From a virus, in IMG/VR virus record IMGVR_UViG_3300042731_008413, positions 19,421 to 83,420 of that record: DNA of 64,000 nt; one strand, 5' to 3'. Under the pieces are notes generated by a model. The model was not told the origin of the DNA. It made no database searches and saw only the letters and a list, made by a program, of their open reading frames with translations. Of this stretch, positions 48,230-57,804 are shown one piece after another. Positions within the stretch are counted from its first letter, which is position 1; the number at the start of each line of letters is the position of its first letter. The translations under genes and the position numbers were made by a program.

Positions 48230-48322
48230 AAAAAAGCCCTCACTCTGCTTGCAAGTGAGAGCTTCTCGCCTACTTGTTATCCTCCTTTTTTGGCCTCTCG
48301 CCAAAAAAGTACTTTGAACCAA

Positions 48323-48826
48323 TTAAAAGTTTGCTTCGGCCTGAACTTCCTCAAGAGCCTTCCGTTGGGCCGCTACAATCAATGTGACCCAATTAAATTC
48401 TCTTGAAGGCTTGAAGATTGTAACTCTAAAGTTCGGCTGACTGTAATGGCTTTCAATGTTGTAACCGTACTCGTGGCTGACGATGTACTTCAAAGTATCG
48501 GTAACGCTATGCCGGTCAATGGCCTCAAGGACAGTTTCACCATCTTTATACTCATTGTCCCGGTGAGCCTCATTATGAGTTACGGAGAGTTCGCTCTGCA
48601 CTGCGTCCTCAATAATCGTACCGTCGTTCAGGATAAAACTAACATCCTCATCATCATTGATACCCACTAATGAACCAGTGGCTCCTCTGTAATAGGGCTT
48701 ATGACCCATCAGCTCTTTAGTTGCCCTTTTGATTTTTATACTATCACAGTCAATTGGGCTATCTGGAATCAATTCTGATAAAAACGGAAATTCTTCTACA
48801 AAAGCGTTAAACTTAAAGCGGTTCAT
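48323..48826 (-). CDS. Hypothetical acidic protein
   Basis: RBS AAGGAG, ATG 48826. Confidence 0.65.
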   Translation of the reverse strand: MNRFKFNAFVEEFPFLSELIPDSPIDCDSIKIKRATKELMGHKPYYRGATGSLVGINDDEDVSFILNDGTIIEDAVQSELSVTHNEAHRDNEYKDGETVLEAIDRHSVTDTLKYIVSHEYGYNIESHYSQPNFRVTIFKPSREFNWVTLIVAAQRKALEEVQAEANF

Positions 48827-49167
48827 AATTGGTCTCCTTTCTGAACCTAATGGGCTGCATCTCACAGCAAATTAATTAGATGTCACTATCTTAGCAAATT
48901 GTGTACACAAAGTCAAGGGTTTTTACACGACTTTCAGTTAAGTTTTTTGAAATTGGTAACTTTTTTAAGGTTCACTCAGTAAACCTAAAGTGGCCCTTGT
49001 TGCCAATTACGTTGAATTCATATAACTCAGGTGAATCCGGGAAGTTGTACCCCACCACCGGAACAAAGGTTTTTTTGGTTGGATGAAAAACTGTTCCTAC
49101 CACGAATTTTTCACTCATTTGAATCCTCTCTTTATTACACTATAATAACCTCTCAGGAGGTCTTGTT

Positions 49168-49314
49168 ATGCCAATTCAACGTTGTACTCGCAAAGGCAAA
49201 TCAGGTTACCGCTGGGGCAAGTCCGGCAAGTGTTACCTTGGCCGGGGTGCCAGACGGAAAGCCTTGCGCCAGGCCAGGGCCATTAGAGCCAGCCAACGAA
49301 GGCGCAAGAACTAA
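49168..49314 (+). CDS. 48-aa highly basic peptide (missing from ORF track)
   Basis: MPIQRCTRKGKSGYRWGKSGKCYLGRGARRKALRQARAIRASQRRRKN; AGGAGG RBS; TATAAT and operator upstream. Confidence 0.75.
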   Translation: MPIQRCTRKGKSGYRWGKSGKCYLGRGARRKALRQARAIRASQRRRKN

Positions 49315-49520
49315 AGCCTTACCGTATTCTCAGGCGGATAACTCCGATTTGCCCATTTCCAAACCACCTGACAATCAACGATTCGCCCGATCTGCCAGCG
49401 CCCTTCTTTCTTGCGCCACAACTCGACCTCTTCATCGACTACCCGGAAGCTATAAGCGCCGGTGGCGTGGGCGATCTGGCGAAAGCTCTCCTCGAATTTA
49501 GCCCACAGGTCCTGGTTCAT
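49311..49520 (-). CDS. Hypothetical protein
   Basis: RBS AGGAGAG. Confidence 0.55.
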   Translation of the reverse strand: MNQDLWAKFEESFRQIAHATGAYSFRVVDEEVELWRKKEGRWQIGRIVDCQVVWKWANRSYPPENTVRL

Positions 49521-49648
49521 TTTTTATCTCTCCTTATCTGTCTGTTAGATGACTATTTACGCAAACAATCCCATAATCCAGCCTACCAGGGCCTCGATCA
49601 AGCCCTCTTGGTACCGCCAAAATTCGATCTTGTCTTGATAAGATTCTG

Positions 49649-50164
49649 TCATTTTGTCTCCTCCACCCATTTCAAATAATCCACCTGGCTAATCAAAACC
49701 CATTTCCCATTTCGCCCGGAGACCGATTCTACATCCAGCCCCCACCAGGCGAATCTAACGCTCTTGATTCCCGCATTGACGATCACTAGCCGAATCTCCT
49801 CTTTGGCCTTATCTCTCTTGAGAAAGGCTTTCTTGCTCCCCTTCTCCCACAAGACGACCTCCTGGCCGGGTATCAGGCCATTGCCAACGGCCTTAATTGC
49901 CCGGTTGTAGAGGTTATCTTGTTCCGAGACTTGCCAGCCGGGGTCTTGAGGATTGATCCAGGTCAGGCCCGGTTCTTTTGTGACCTTGGCTTGAGTCATC
50001 CCTCTCCAATGCTTGCCCGGCTCTCTCCAGACCAGAGTCGTCATTGTATATTTCGGCTTATCGATCTGGGCTAAATGGTCTTGCCAGGACACAATGGGCG
50101 CGGAGAAGGATTCGCCCAGGACGTTGGTAAACTTGGCGGTCAGGAATAGTCTTTTATCCATCAT
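49649..50164 (-). CDS. Hypothetical protein
   Basis: Coupled ORF in early array. Confidence 0.6.
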   Translation of the reverse strand: MMDKRLFLTAKFTNVLGESFSAPIVSWQDHLAQIDKPKYTMTTLVWREPGKHWRGMTQAKVTKEPGLTWINPQDPGWQVSEQDNLYNRAIKAVGNGLIPGQEVVLWEKGSKKAFLKRDKAKEEIRLVIVNAGIKSVRFAWWGLDVESVSGRNGKWVLISQVDYLKWVEETK

Positions 50165-50442
50165 ATTTTTCTCCCGCGCAGCCCGTCATAAAGCTCTTGG
50201 GTGGTATACATTCCCAGGTTGCCCCAAGCGTGAAAAGCGATATGGGGGTCTACGGTCCAGCCATAGACCTGAAAGGTGGTATGGATGACAAAATACTTTT
50301 GGCCGCTCTTGCTGATATGAACGGTCAATTTCATCCGAACGTCATCGGCGGTATAGCTTTCAAATCGGTCGATCTCTAGATACTCCAGGACCGTCTTAAA
50401 GCCATTGATCTTCATCTTGGGTAGACCTAATGCGCTTGTCAT
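50161..50442 (-). CDS. Hypothetical protein
   Basis: AGGAGAGATAAAATG start. Confidence 0.65.
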   Translation of the reverse strand: MTSALGLPKMKINGFKTVLEYLEIDRFESYTADDVRMKLTVHISKSGQKYFVIHTTFQVYGWTVDPHIAFHAWGNLGMYTTQELYDGLRGRKI

Positions 50443-50531
50443 TTTATCTCTCCTGTTATTACATTATAATATTTTAACCGCTCAACAAATCGCCCAAGGC
50501 CCTGGTCTTGGGCGATCTATGAATGGTCAAA

Positions 50532-50903
50532 TCACCACAGTTTCAGCCCGTTGTATCCCCACTTGGATGAAACGAACGTGGCCAAAGCTTCGGCTCTTTT
50601 CGCCAGATAATGGTCTTCATCTATCTCAACAGATTCCCCCAGGTCGATAACCAAGTCTTTCAGTTCTTCCACATAGGTTATGGCCTCATTCTTACTATCC
50701 AGCCCGGTTAGCCACAGCCTTCGAATCGCCCCTTCTCTTTCGTGGTAGACTGCAACCAGCCACTTGCCCGACCAGCCCGACAAAGCAATTTCAGCGGCCA
50801 GGTCACCCTTAACCGGGTCTCTATGGATGATCCGATAGCTCTTGTGGCTATCCTTGGGGTTAATCTCTTGGTTGTCTCTTACAATCCCTCTTGCTGTCTT
50901 CAT
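50532..50903 (-). CDS. Hypothetical protein
   Basis: AGGAGAGATAAAATG start. Confidence 0.65.
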   Translation of the reverse strand: MKTARGIVRDNQEINPKDSHKSYRIIHRDPVKGDLAAEIALSGWSGKWLVAVYHEREGAIRRLWLTGLDSKNEAITYVEELKDLVIDLGESVEIDEDHYLAKRAEALATFVSSKWGYNGLKLW

Positions 50904-51027
50904 TTTATCTCTCCTTAGTAAATATTTTACTTGATTACTTGAATTTTGTCAAGCCTTAAGTCAAAAAATATAAACTTAACCGCTTGATAGAGTAGCCAAG
51001 CTATGATCTTTGCTACTCGACAAGGGA

Positions 51028-51255
51028 TCAAATCGTATTCTTGATAGCTTGGCCGGCCTTGCAACCGCACAGAATGACCGCGTGCTTATCTTTGGGGTCT
51101 TTTCCGACGATTCCCCTATCTTGGCACCGCTCACAATCGACCGACTCTTTGGTCTCATACAAATCAGCGCAATTCTCACACCCCGGACACTGACTATAGG
51201 CTTGCCAGCCGGCCCGGATGAGTCCATACTCTTTGATGCAATTATGGCATAACAT
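51028..51255 (-). CDS. Cys-rich small protein
   Basis: Multiple CxxC motifs. Confidence 0.55.
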   Translation of the reverse strand: MLCHNCIKEYGLIRAGWQAYSQCPGCENCADLYETKESVDCERCQDRGIVGKDPKDKHAVILCGCKAGQAIKNTI

Positions 51256-51256
51256 C

Positions 51257-51604
51257 TTATTTCTCCTCTTCCATACTCATAACCGCCAGTACCAATTTCT
51301 CTTCCGGGCCATAATCATTGTATTGATCCAGCCCCAATTTAACCACAACCCGCCCGATCTTAGACCTACTGACACCGGTCTTATCGGCCATATCATCGAG
51401 AGTGCTTACCTGCTCTTCATCCAAAACAACCGTAAGCGCGCCACCGGCCTTACCTTGAACGTCTTGCAGCAGCAGTAAGGTCTCTATAGCGGTCATTGAC
51501 TTAAGGCTGCCCAGTCCGAGTCTAAAGACTTCACTGGCCTTGCCCCAGGGCAAGCCATTTACTTGCTCTGTCATTTTCTCATTTAATGGGAATCTCAATC
51601 GCAT
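51257..51604 (-). CDS. Tandem ribbon-helix-helix regulator
   Basis: LRFPL...ASEVFRLGL and LTVVL...GVSRSKIGR. Confidence 0.6.
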   Translation of the reverse strand: MRLRFPLNEKMTEQVNGLPWGKASEVFRLGLGSLKSMTAIETLLLLQDVQGKAGGALTVVLDEEQVSTLDDMADKTGVSRSKIGRVVVKLGLDQYNDYGPEEKLVLAVMSMEEEK

Positions 51605-51711
51605 AGGTCTATTCTCCTTAGATAATATTATTCTCTTGTCAAGAGACACAAGGCTTGAGTCTTGTGTCTCTTGAGAAGAGGCCAAGCCTACATTGTAGGC
51701 TTGGCTAGTTA

Positions 51712-52020
51712 TTACATAGTTGTTTCAAAGGCCGGCCAAAAGACCCAATCGATTCCATTTCTGTCTTTATTGATAAGGTCTTTAGACTGAAAGATTTTAG
51801 CCTTGGGATGACCGGATTCTTGGAGCATATCTTGCAAGGTAGCCTTAGCAAACTGGCGTAAGGTAACCTTATCGACTCTTTGTTCTGCTTCGTAGACTTG
51901 CGAGTCATATAAAGCATTGCCGGCAGTATAGAATTCAACCGGATTGTCGATGTCAGAGTCGTCAAAGATACCGACCGCGTAACCCCAACTAGGCATGACC
52001 TGATATAGACCGATAATCAT
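51712..52020 (-). CDS. Hypothetical early protein
   Basis: AGGAGGATAAAATG start after the conserved hairpin. Confidence 0.7.
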   Translation of the reverse strand: MIIGLYQVMPSWGYAVGIFDDSDIDNPVEFYTAGNALYDSQVYEAEQRVDKVTLRQFAKATLQDMLQESGHPKAKIFQSKDLINKDRNGIDWVFWPAFETTM

Positions 52021-52217
52021 TTTATCCTCCTTATGGATAACTAATAATCTTAACCGCTCAACAAGATAGCCAAGACAGACTCTTGGCTACCCTATGAAAA
52101 GTCAAGACAGGCACCACAACACAAACAAAACAATCAATAAGATTCTCCCTTCTTTGCTAGTCAGTAGGCCGACAATGAGAAGTGCCAAGAGTAGTGTTAC
52201 CAAATTATTACCCACGA

Positions 52218-52520
52218 TTACAAATCCTTCTTACGAGCAACGTCGCTCACGCTCACCACAAACTTGCCCCGATTCTCTCTCGTATCCATCAAGAATTCGT
52301 TGTAATCCTTGTCAGCCCCACTAGCCAAACTCTCTCCCGTCTTGGGATATAAGCCGGCTTCTTGCAGTAGGCTATGGGCCGTCTGAAGATATGCATCACC
52401 ATACCCATAAGTGAAGTCTACTCGGCCAATCTCTTGACCATCGACCAAAACAACGCAACTGTGGTAAGTGTTACCATAGCTCTTCTGGAACCAACGTCTT
52501 GCAATGATAGTGATCTGCAT
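52218..52520 (-). CDS. Conserved phage early protein
   Basis: RWFQKSYGNTYHS...YGYGDAY; strong RBS. Confidence 0.7.
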   Translation of the reverse strand: MQITIIARRWFQKSYGNTYHSCVVLVDGQEIGRVDFTYGYGDAYLQTAHSLLQEAGLYPKTGESLASGADKDYNEFLMDTRENRGKFVVSVSDVARKKDL

Positions 52521-52628
52521 TTCATTCTCCTTTGCTCTTGCTAATATTTAACCGCTTAATAGATCACCCAAAAGCCTTGTCTCTTGGGTGATCTATGCGC
52601 AGCACTACCAACTTGTAAAATGTCAAAT

Positions 52629-53030
52629 TTATTCAACCCAACCCTTGCGCGCCATAAGGGATTCTGCAAAGTAATTAGCTTTCTTGATTTTCTGGCAATG
52701 AACAAGGTCTGTATTGTCACCTATGCGCACCCCATGCCAGCGCTGGCCAGTGTGATCCACAAAATAGACATCATAGCGCGGCAATCCCCAGTTATGCTTG
52801 CCCTCAAAAGAGAAAGCCGGAAAACGAAGGGTACCGGGCCAATTGATAACTTCTTCCTTCTCTCGGCAAGAATGATACAACGTGATCTTGTCATGAGATT
52901 CCATATAGGCCATATCTTGTTTGGCGCAGCACTCATAACAAACCTTGTCACCATTGGGGGTAATCCCATAACCAGTACCGAGTCTATTAGGCGAAACAGT
53001 TTCTTTCCCACAAACTGAACAGATATTCAT
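52629..53030 (-). CDS. Conserved phage early protein (Zn-binding)
   Basis: CSVC..TGYG...CYECC...INWPG...WHG. Confidence 0.7.
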   Translation of the reverse strand: MNICSVCGKETVSPNRLGTGYGITPNGDKVCYECCAKQDMAYMESHDKITLYHSCREKEEVINWPGTLRFPAFSFEGKHNWGLPRYDVYFVDHTGQRWHGVRIGDNTDLVHCQKIKKANYFAESLMARKGWVE

Positions 53031-53111
53031 TCTATCCTCCTAAAGATAGCTAAAATACTTAATTACTTAACAAGCCGGCCAAACAGTTATGCTTGGCCGG
53101 CCTATAAGGAA

Positions 53112-53387
53112 TTAAACCCGGTCAATAATCATACCGTCAAAAAACTTAACCGTCTCTCCATTGGGCAATCCCACAAACCAAATATAATCCTTCTGAAAGA
53201 CTTGATAACCTAGCCCAAATTGATCCGCGGCCTGATTCATCTTCTTTTTGGTAGTGACGGTCTCATAACCGCCACTATTCAAGACGACTCGCTCATTGTC
53301 AAAAGAGACAATAACGGTTGAATGATAGGTAACATTTATCATACCATTGGAGTCTGCTGCTATGGTTGTTGCATATTTCGATAACAT
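53112..53387 (-). CDS. Conserved phage early protein
   Basis: YHST.IV...LNSGGYETVTTKKKMN. Confidence 0.7.
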   Translation of the reverse strand: MLSKYATTIAADSNGMINVTYHSTVIVSFDNERVVLNSGGYETVTTKKKMNQAADQFGLGYQVFQKDYIWFVGLPNGETVKFFDGMIIDRV

Positions 53388-53510
53388 TTGTCTATCCTCC
53401 TAAAGATAGCTACATAAAATTTTGTTTTTACCCAAGCATAGCCCATAAAGCCTAAACCTTATGGACTATGCTTGAGTGTCAATCAAACGATTGACAACCC
53501 AAGCCTGAAC

Positions 53511-53897
53511 CTAAAAATCATCTTCAGCCAACCAAAAGCCAAAGTCCGACCCATTACCCGGATGACTGCCAAAATAACACCCTTCTGGCGCTATATCGTT
53601 GAGTAAATCATACAACGTTTCATAGGCTAACCAATCGAGCTTGTCAGACTGTTCAAAGTACCAGAAACCGCGCAAGTCATCAAAACCCGCCTGCCCGTAT
53701 TCGATAATATTGCCATCTTCAGTCTCAATTTTCAGGCTGTTCAATTCCTCAACAATTGCCTCAACTTCTGTTTCAATCTTGCAATCTTTCGCAACAGATT
53801 GCAAGAACTCAACGTAAGTCGGTACAATGTCTTCATTCTTCATTGTCGCCCAACTAACAGAAACCCCAACATAGTCACTATTCAATTGCTTGCTCAT
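53511..53897 (-). CDS. Acidic phage early protein
   Basis: LNDIAPEGCYFGSHPGNGSDFGFW; highly acidic. Confidence 0.7.
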   Translation of the reverse strand: MSKQLNSDYVGVSVSWATMKNEDIVPTYVEFLQSVAKDCKIETEVEAIVEELNSLKIETEDGNIIEYGQAGFDDLRGFWYFEQSDKLDWLAYETLYDLLNDIAPEGCYFGSHPGNGSDFGFWLAEDDF

Positions 53898-53984
53898 TTT
53901 ATATCCTCCTTAAGGATAAACTAATAATCAATACCTTAATAAGACAGACAAACAATACCGCTTGTCTGTCCTATAAATTATCGA

Positions 53985-54458
53985 TTATTGAAAGCTTTCA
54001 ACATAAGCGCGCAGATCATGGTCAAATTCTTTTGCCAACCTAACGGACTCTGACCGGTCAACGTTCCAACTTTCCCAGCCTCTTTTGTCACCATTGTAAG
54101 AGTCAATGTTGACAACGGCCCAATTGGTTGGCCCATACATATCAAAAGCCGGATCATAATGGCCATAAGCCAAAAAACCTCCAATCAGAGCCATTAAGAT
54201 TGCCTCTTTGCCCATGCCGCGCAAATCTTTGGTGGTCATACCTATAGTAGACAACGCGCTCTTGATTTTTTCTTTGTCCAGTATATCAAAAACGGTTAGC
54301 CGCTCAATGATTGATAAACCCTCTGCGCCAGCGTCATTACCATCGATGACTCTGATAACTTCGACATAACCATACTGAATATCGTTGTCATCAAGGTTGG
54401 CAAAAAAACCACCATAACTGATATTAACATCGCCCATATATTGCCAATTGCTACTCAT
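53985..54458 (-). CDS. Acidic phage early protein
   Basis: WQYMGDVNISYGG; strong RBS. Confidence 0.7.
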   Translation of the reverse strand: MSSNWQYMGDVNISYGGFFANLDDNDIQYGYVEVIRVIDGNDAGAEGLSIIERLTVFDILDKEKIKSALSTIGMTTKDLRGMGKEAILMALIGGFLAYGHYDPAFDMYGPTNWAVVNIDSYNGDKRGWESWNVDRSESVRLAKEFDHDLRAYVESFQ

Positions 54459-54873
54459 TTTGTTATCCTCCTATGGATTGCTATCATTTAATACCTTGCC
54501 ACTACTCACAACAAATGTTGTAAGCAGTAATAAAGCATTAAATCGACCGGTTGTAATAAATCGCTTGCAAAATGATATCTTCGATATCGTAACTGTTGAC
54601 ACCGTTATCGGTGTTAAGCTCAATCTTCATAAGCTTGTCTAATGATGTGGCCAGCGCGCCCAGTTCTGGCTTGTCACTTTCAGCCAATTTCCAAAGCGTA
54701 TTGCGGATGAAATACCAGTTAATACTGGGCTGATCTTTTAACTCGGGTGAGTTGTCTACTTTTTCTGATAATCTCATAATGCTATTCATTTTGTTATCCT
54801 CCTATGGATTGCTATCATTTAATGCCTTGTCACTACTCACAACAAACGTTGTAAGCAGTAATAAAGCATTAAA
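54455..54873. repeat. 88-bp direct repeats (54455-54542 and 54786-54873) flanking one gene
   Basis: 3 mismatches; each copy contains a long hairpin, RBS and start codon. Confidence 0.9.
54538..54789 (-). CDS. Hypothetical early protein
   Basis: Bounded by the 88-bp repeats. Confidence 0.65.
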   Translation of the reverse strand: MNSIMRLSEKVDNSPELKDQPSINWYFIRNTLWKLAESDKPELGALATSLDKLMKIELNTDNGVNSYDIEDIILQAIYYNRSI

Positions 54874-55152
54874 CTAACACTTACTCCAATGGTCAATCCA
54901 AAAAACTGGTAAGTCTCTAAAAACTGGGCGATGTAGCCATTCTGCACAAACCTTGCGACTCGCCCATTTTGTTTCATAGACTCGACCATCGCGCAGGTAA
55001 GCCTTCATTAGGACATCCCAGTTCATACCGGTTTGCTTGCCAACTATGGGAGTAATATGGAACGAGTCAACCGATTGCCAATTGCGTAATAGCCAACCTA
55101 GATTCTTAACCTGTTTCCACGTCTGCTTTTTAGGGTTATAGTATTTTGCCAT
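54874..55152 (-). CDS. Hypothetical early protein
   Basis: VKNLGWLLRNW...WLHRPVFR; strong RBS. Confidence 0.7.
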   Translation of the reverse strand: MAKYYNPKKQTWKQVKNLGWLLRNWQSVDSFHITPIVGKQTGMNWDVLMKAYLRDGRVYETKWASRKVCAEWLHRPVFRDLPVFWIDHWSKC

Positions 55153-55338
55153 TTTGTTATCCTCCTATTATCGAAAAAACTCTATTTTATGTGCTATAAA
55201 ATGGTAGGACAATCCTACAATCCTACGTCTTAACCTGCCTCTTGTAGGCGATTCTAGGCCAAAATTGCCACTATATACTCAACAAAATGTTAGCCATTAG
55301 GTCGGCTCACAGTCTAAGACTCTGACCATTTTATCTTC

Positions 55339-55539
55339 CTACTGAACTATAACGAGTCGTCGCTTCAAGCTTGTTGGCAAGTCAGCCGATTGCCAATCTA
55401 CAGACAACAAGCCGTCAACCGTGTATCTCAACGATTGCTCTATTACCTTGCAAATCGTTTCAGAACCTTTTCTAAGACCTTTTATATCAACCACTACTGG
55501 CCCAAAAAGTTCGTTATCCTCAATATAGACTTTGACCAT
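55339..55539 (-). CDS. Hypothetical early protein
   Basis: AGGAGGATAAAATG start. Confidence 0.6.
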   Translation of the reverse strand: MVKVYIEDNELFGPVVVDIKGLRKGSETICKVIEQSLRYTVDGLLSVDWQSADLPTSLKRRLVIVQ

Positions 55540-56010
55540 TTTATCCTCCTAATTATGTTCTAATGCCAGCATACAAAGCATAGTCGATAGCTTCTAATTT
55601 TACGACGTTAAGGTAAGCCGATAGTCACTTACCGTATGCTGGCAACAGAACACAATTATCTGTTGTCACTCAACCATTCACCCTTGCTCAACCCCTACCA
55701 TCCTACATCGACCGACCAGACTTCAGCGCTTCTATGGGACGACAACCCCAGCCATTTGGCCAGACAGGTAATCAAGCGGATTATCGTACACTCACAAACT
55801 AAGTGGCCATCCTCAAAGCGCTTGCCCCAGTCAATCTCAGACAATAGGCAAGTAGCATACTCGGGAGAGTGATTTTGTTTGGGCCGTTAACGCCGGCTTG
55901 TGAAAGTTGAACTTCCTCACCTAGGGACAAGTCAACCTAGGGGTGCTAGTTCAGATTAGGGGACAAGTCAACCGCTGCCTGAACCGTATTTGTTTGTCAA
56001 ACTTGCCCTT

Positions 56011-56040
56011 ATAATATCACACAATTGGGTAAAATGTCAA
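56011..56040 (-). promoter_or_regulatory. Promoter of the leftward early-gene array
   Basis: GGGGTTGACA-18-TATTAT with TG extension. Confidence 0.65.
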
Positions 56041-56911
56041 CCCCCAAAATAGTCAAATATGGCAATTAGTACCATAATACTAATAATTGGCTAGTAAATG
56101 GGTATAATCTGGCTTAATTACTAGTATATTGTGGGGTTTTTACTTCGCTTAATGAGTTTTTAGCGACTTGTAGAAGTGAAAAGCACAGTAGATTAGGAAA
56201 GATAGATGTGAATTAAAGTGTGGCTCACCCCACAGCACCGATAATTGGCGATATAAGGCGATTATAGGCAATCGAGGATAGATTGTACCGATTGTTTCAT
56301 TATAGAGGATATAGGCCAGTATAGAGCTATAGAGTAGTATACATAATACAACGTCCTAAAATCGCCTGTAATCAATTGACCGGCAGAAACGATAGATTAT
56401 ACCTATATTGATTGTAATCGTATGCTGACCAGCACAGCACACAGCACATAGCAAACTAGCAGCATAGTCAGAGTCCTATGGTATGCTGGCGTATAATCCT
56501 ACTGTGTAGGCCAGTAGATTAAGATAGCAGCGAGTGAGTGTATAGTGTGTAGAGTGAGTGAAATTAGATTGTAGGATGTAGGTCAGTAGGATTATGATCT
56601 GTGTTGTTTGGTGGCCAGTTAGACTAGATGATTATAGGGCAGTGGGGGCGCTCGACCGGCCCAGTTTACGGGGGGGGGGTTGATTTTTTTGGGGGTTTAA
56701 TATTGTTTATGCTGTACCCCCACCCTCGTCTCCCAAAAAATTCCCGGTGCGGCCCTCGCCCCCACCGCGGTCCATCCATCCCCCAAACCCCTCAAGATAT
56801 TCCCATCTCCCCCTCCTCCCCCACCCCAGTTTCCTGGACCATCATCACCTCCCGTCCCCCGAAGATGATGGAAGAAGATGATAGGTTACAGCCTACCTAA
56901 GCCCAAAAGGG

Positions 56912-56940
56912 TTGACAAATTTTCTATTGTCGGTTATTAT
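56912..56940 (+). promoter_or_regulatory. Sigma70 promoter
   Basis: TTGACA-17-TATTAT; same family as 9330 and 63646. Confidence 0.8.
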
Positions 56941-57025
56941 AGAGGTGATTTATTATCAAGGGTCGTGGGCTACCAATGGGTCTCTGTGCAGGTAGCATCT
57001 ATCCCGGAAGGGTGGGGATGTAAGC

Positions 57026-57091
57026 CCCACCAAAGCGACTGATGAGGAGAGTAACGACTCCGAAACATAGGAATATGTATCGCGGAGTGGG
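57026..57091 (+). ncRNA. Type I hammerhead ribozyme
   Basis: Stem I GCGA/UCGC (extended CCCAC/GUGGG), CUGAUGA 57039-57045, stem II GGAG/CUCC, GAAA 57062-57065, stem III CAUA/UAUG, GUA cleavage triplet (cut after 57079). Confidence 0.9.
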
Positions 57092-57161
57092 CAAAGCCGG
57101 GGAATAACCGCCCACCAGGAGGCCCACGACCCTTGATAATAAGCAAGAAAAAGGACACACA

Positions 57162-57560
57162 ATGACCAACCTTGACAGACTTCACAAGACCATCCAACAG
57201 GCCCGTCACGATCCCAGAGATGGCCGCACTTTTGCCACCTGTCATAACGTAGCCGGGTTGCTGGAGACCACCCCATTTGGGGCCACGATTGTGTGGGTAT
57301 TGCCCCGGATGGGTTGGGCAGACCATATCAAGCCGATGTTGGCCGGGGTATTGGAAGAGCATGGCATTGTTCCCCGGCGTTGGTTGCGGTATGCGGTTGA
57401 GTTCGAGAGGGAAAGGTCGTTGCATTTCGTACCGATAGAGGATATACGGGAGTGGAGTCGGGGTAGAAAAGACCTGTTTCGGGTCGATGATTTGGGAGAG
57501 GTGGTGGATCGTATGACTGACAGGCAGTATCGGATGTTTTTGGAGTGGGTGAGCCAATGA
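57162..57560 (+). CDS. Small P-loop-like protein (degenerate terminase-ATPase-like)
   Basis: PRDGRT, IVWVLP, SRG..FRVDD resemble degenerate Walker A and B motifs. Confidence 0.45.
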   Translation: MTNLDRLHKTIQQARHDPRDGRTFATCHNVAGLLETTPFGATIVWVLPRMGWADHIKPMLAGVLEEHGIVPRRWLRYAVEFERERSLHFVPIEDIREWSRGRKDLFRVDDLGEVVDRMTDRQYRMFLEWVSQ

Positions 57561-57802
57561 AATTCTACTGGGACAACAACCCTCAAGAGTGCGCTTCGCT
57601 AAATGAGTTAAAATCCTACGCAGATAACAATCGAAATAAGATACACAACGTCCCACAGAGGTTGGCTATCCTTCGGGAGTGGTGGGGGGCTTTTGCTTAT
57701 TACCCTGATGGTAGGGCTGTGGCTTATTGGTTAGATGCTCGGGCGGAGCGGCGGTCCATTTCTCGGAAGAATCTGGCTGAAGTATTGTCAAAGGATAGAT
57801 AA
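57557..57802 (+). CDS. Hypothetical protein
   Basis: ATGA coupling. Confidence 0.5.
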   Translation: MKFYWDNNPQECASLNELKSYADNNRNKIHNVPQRLAILREWWGAFAYYPDGRAVAYWLDARAERRSISRKNLAEVLSKDR

Positions 57803-57804
57803 AG

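Noticed and set aside
50440-55645. Early-array hairpins as attC sites or a CRISPR/TIGR-like array
   Set aside because: They lack consistent AAC/GTT core pairs, and the units are separated by whole genes rather than fixed-length spacers.
56970-57656. 228-aa minus-strand ORF and other long antisense ORFs (e.g. 8179-8934, 18731-19444, 44088-44684)
   Set aside because: Shadows of better-supported genes or RNA, with no motifs.
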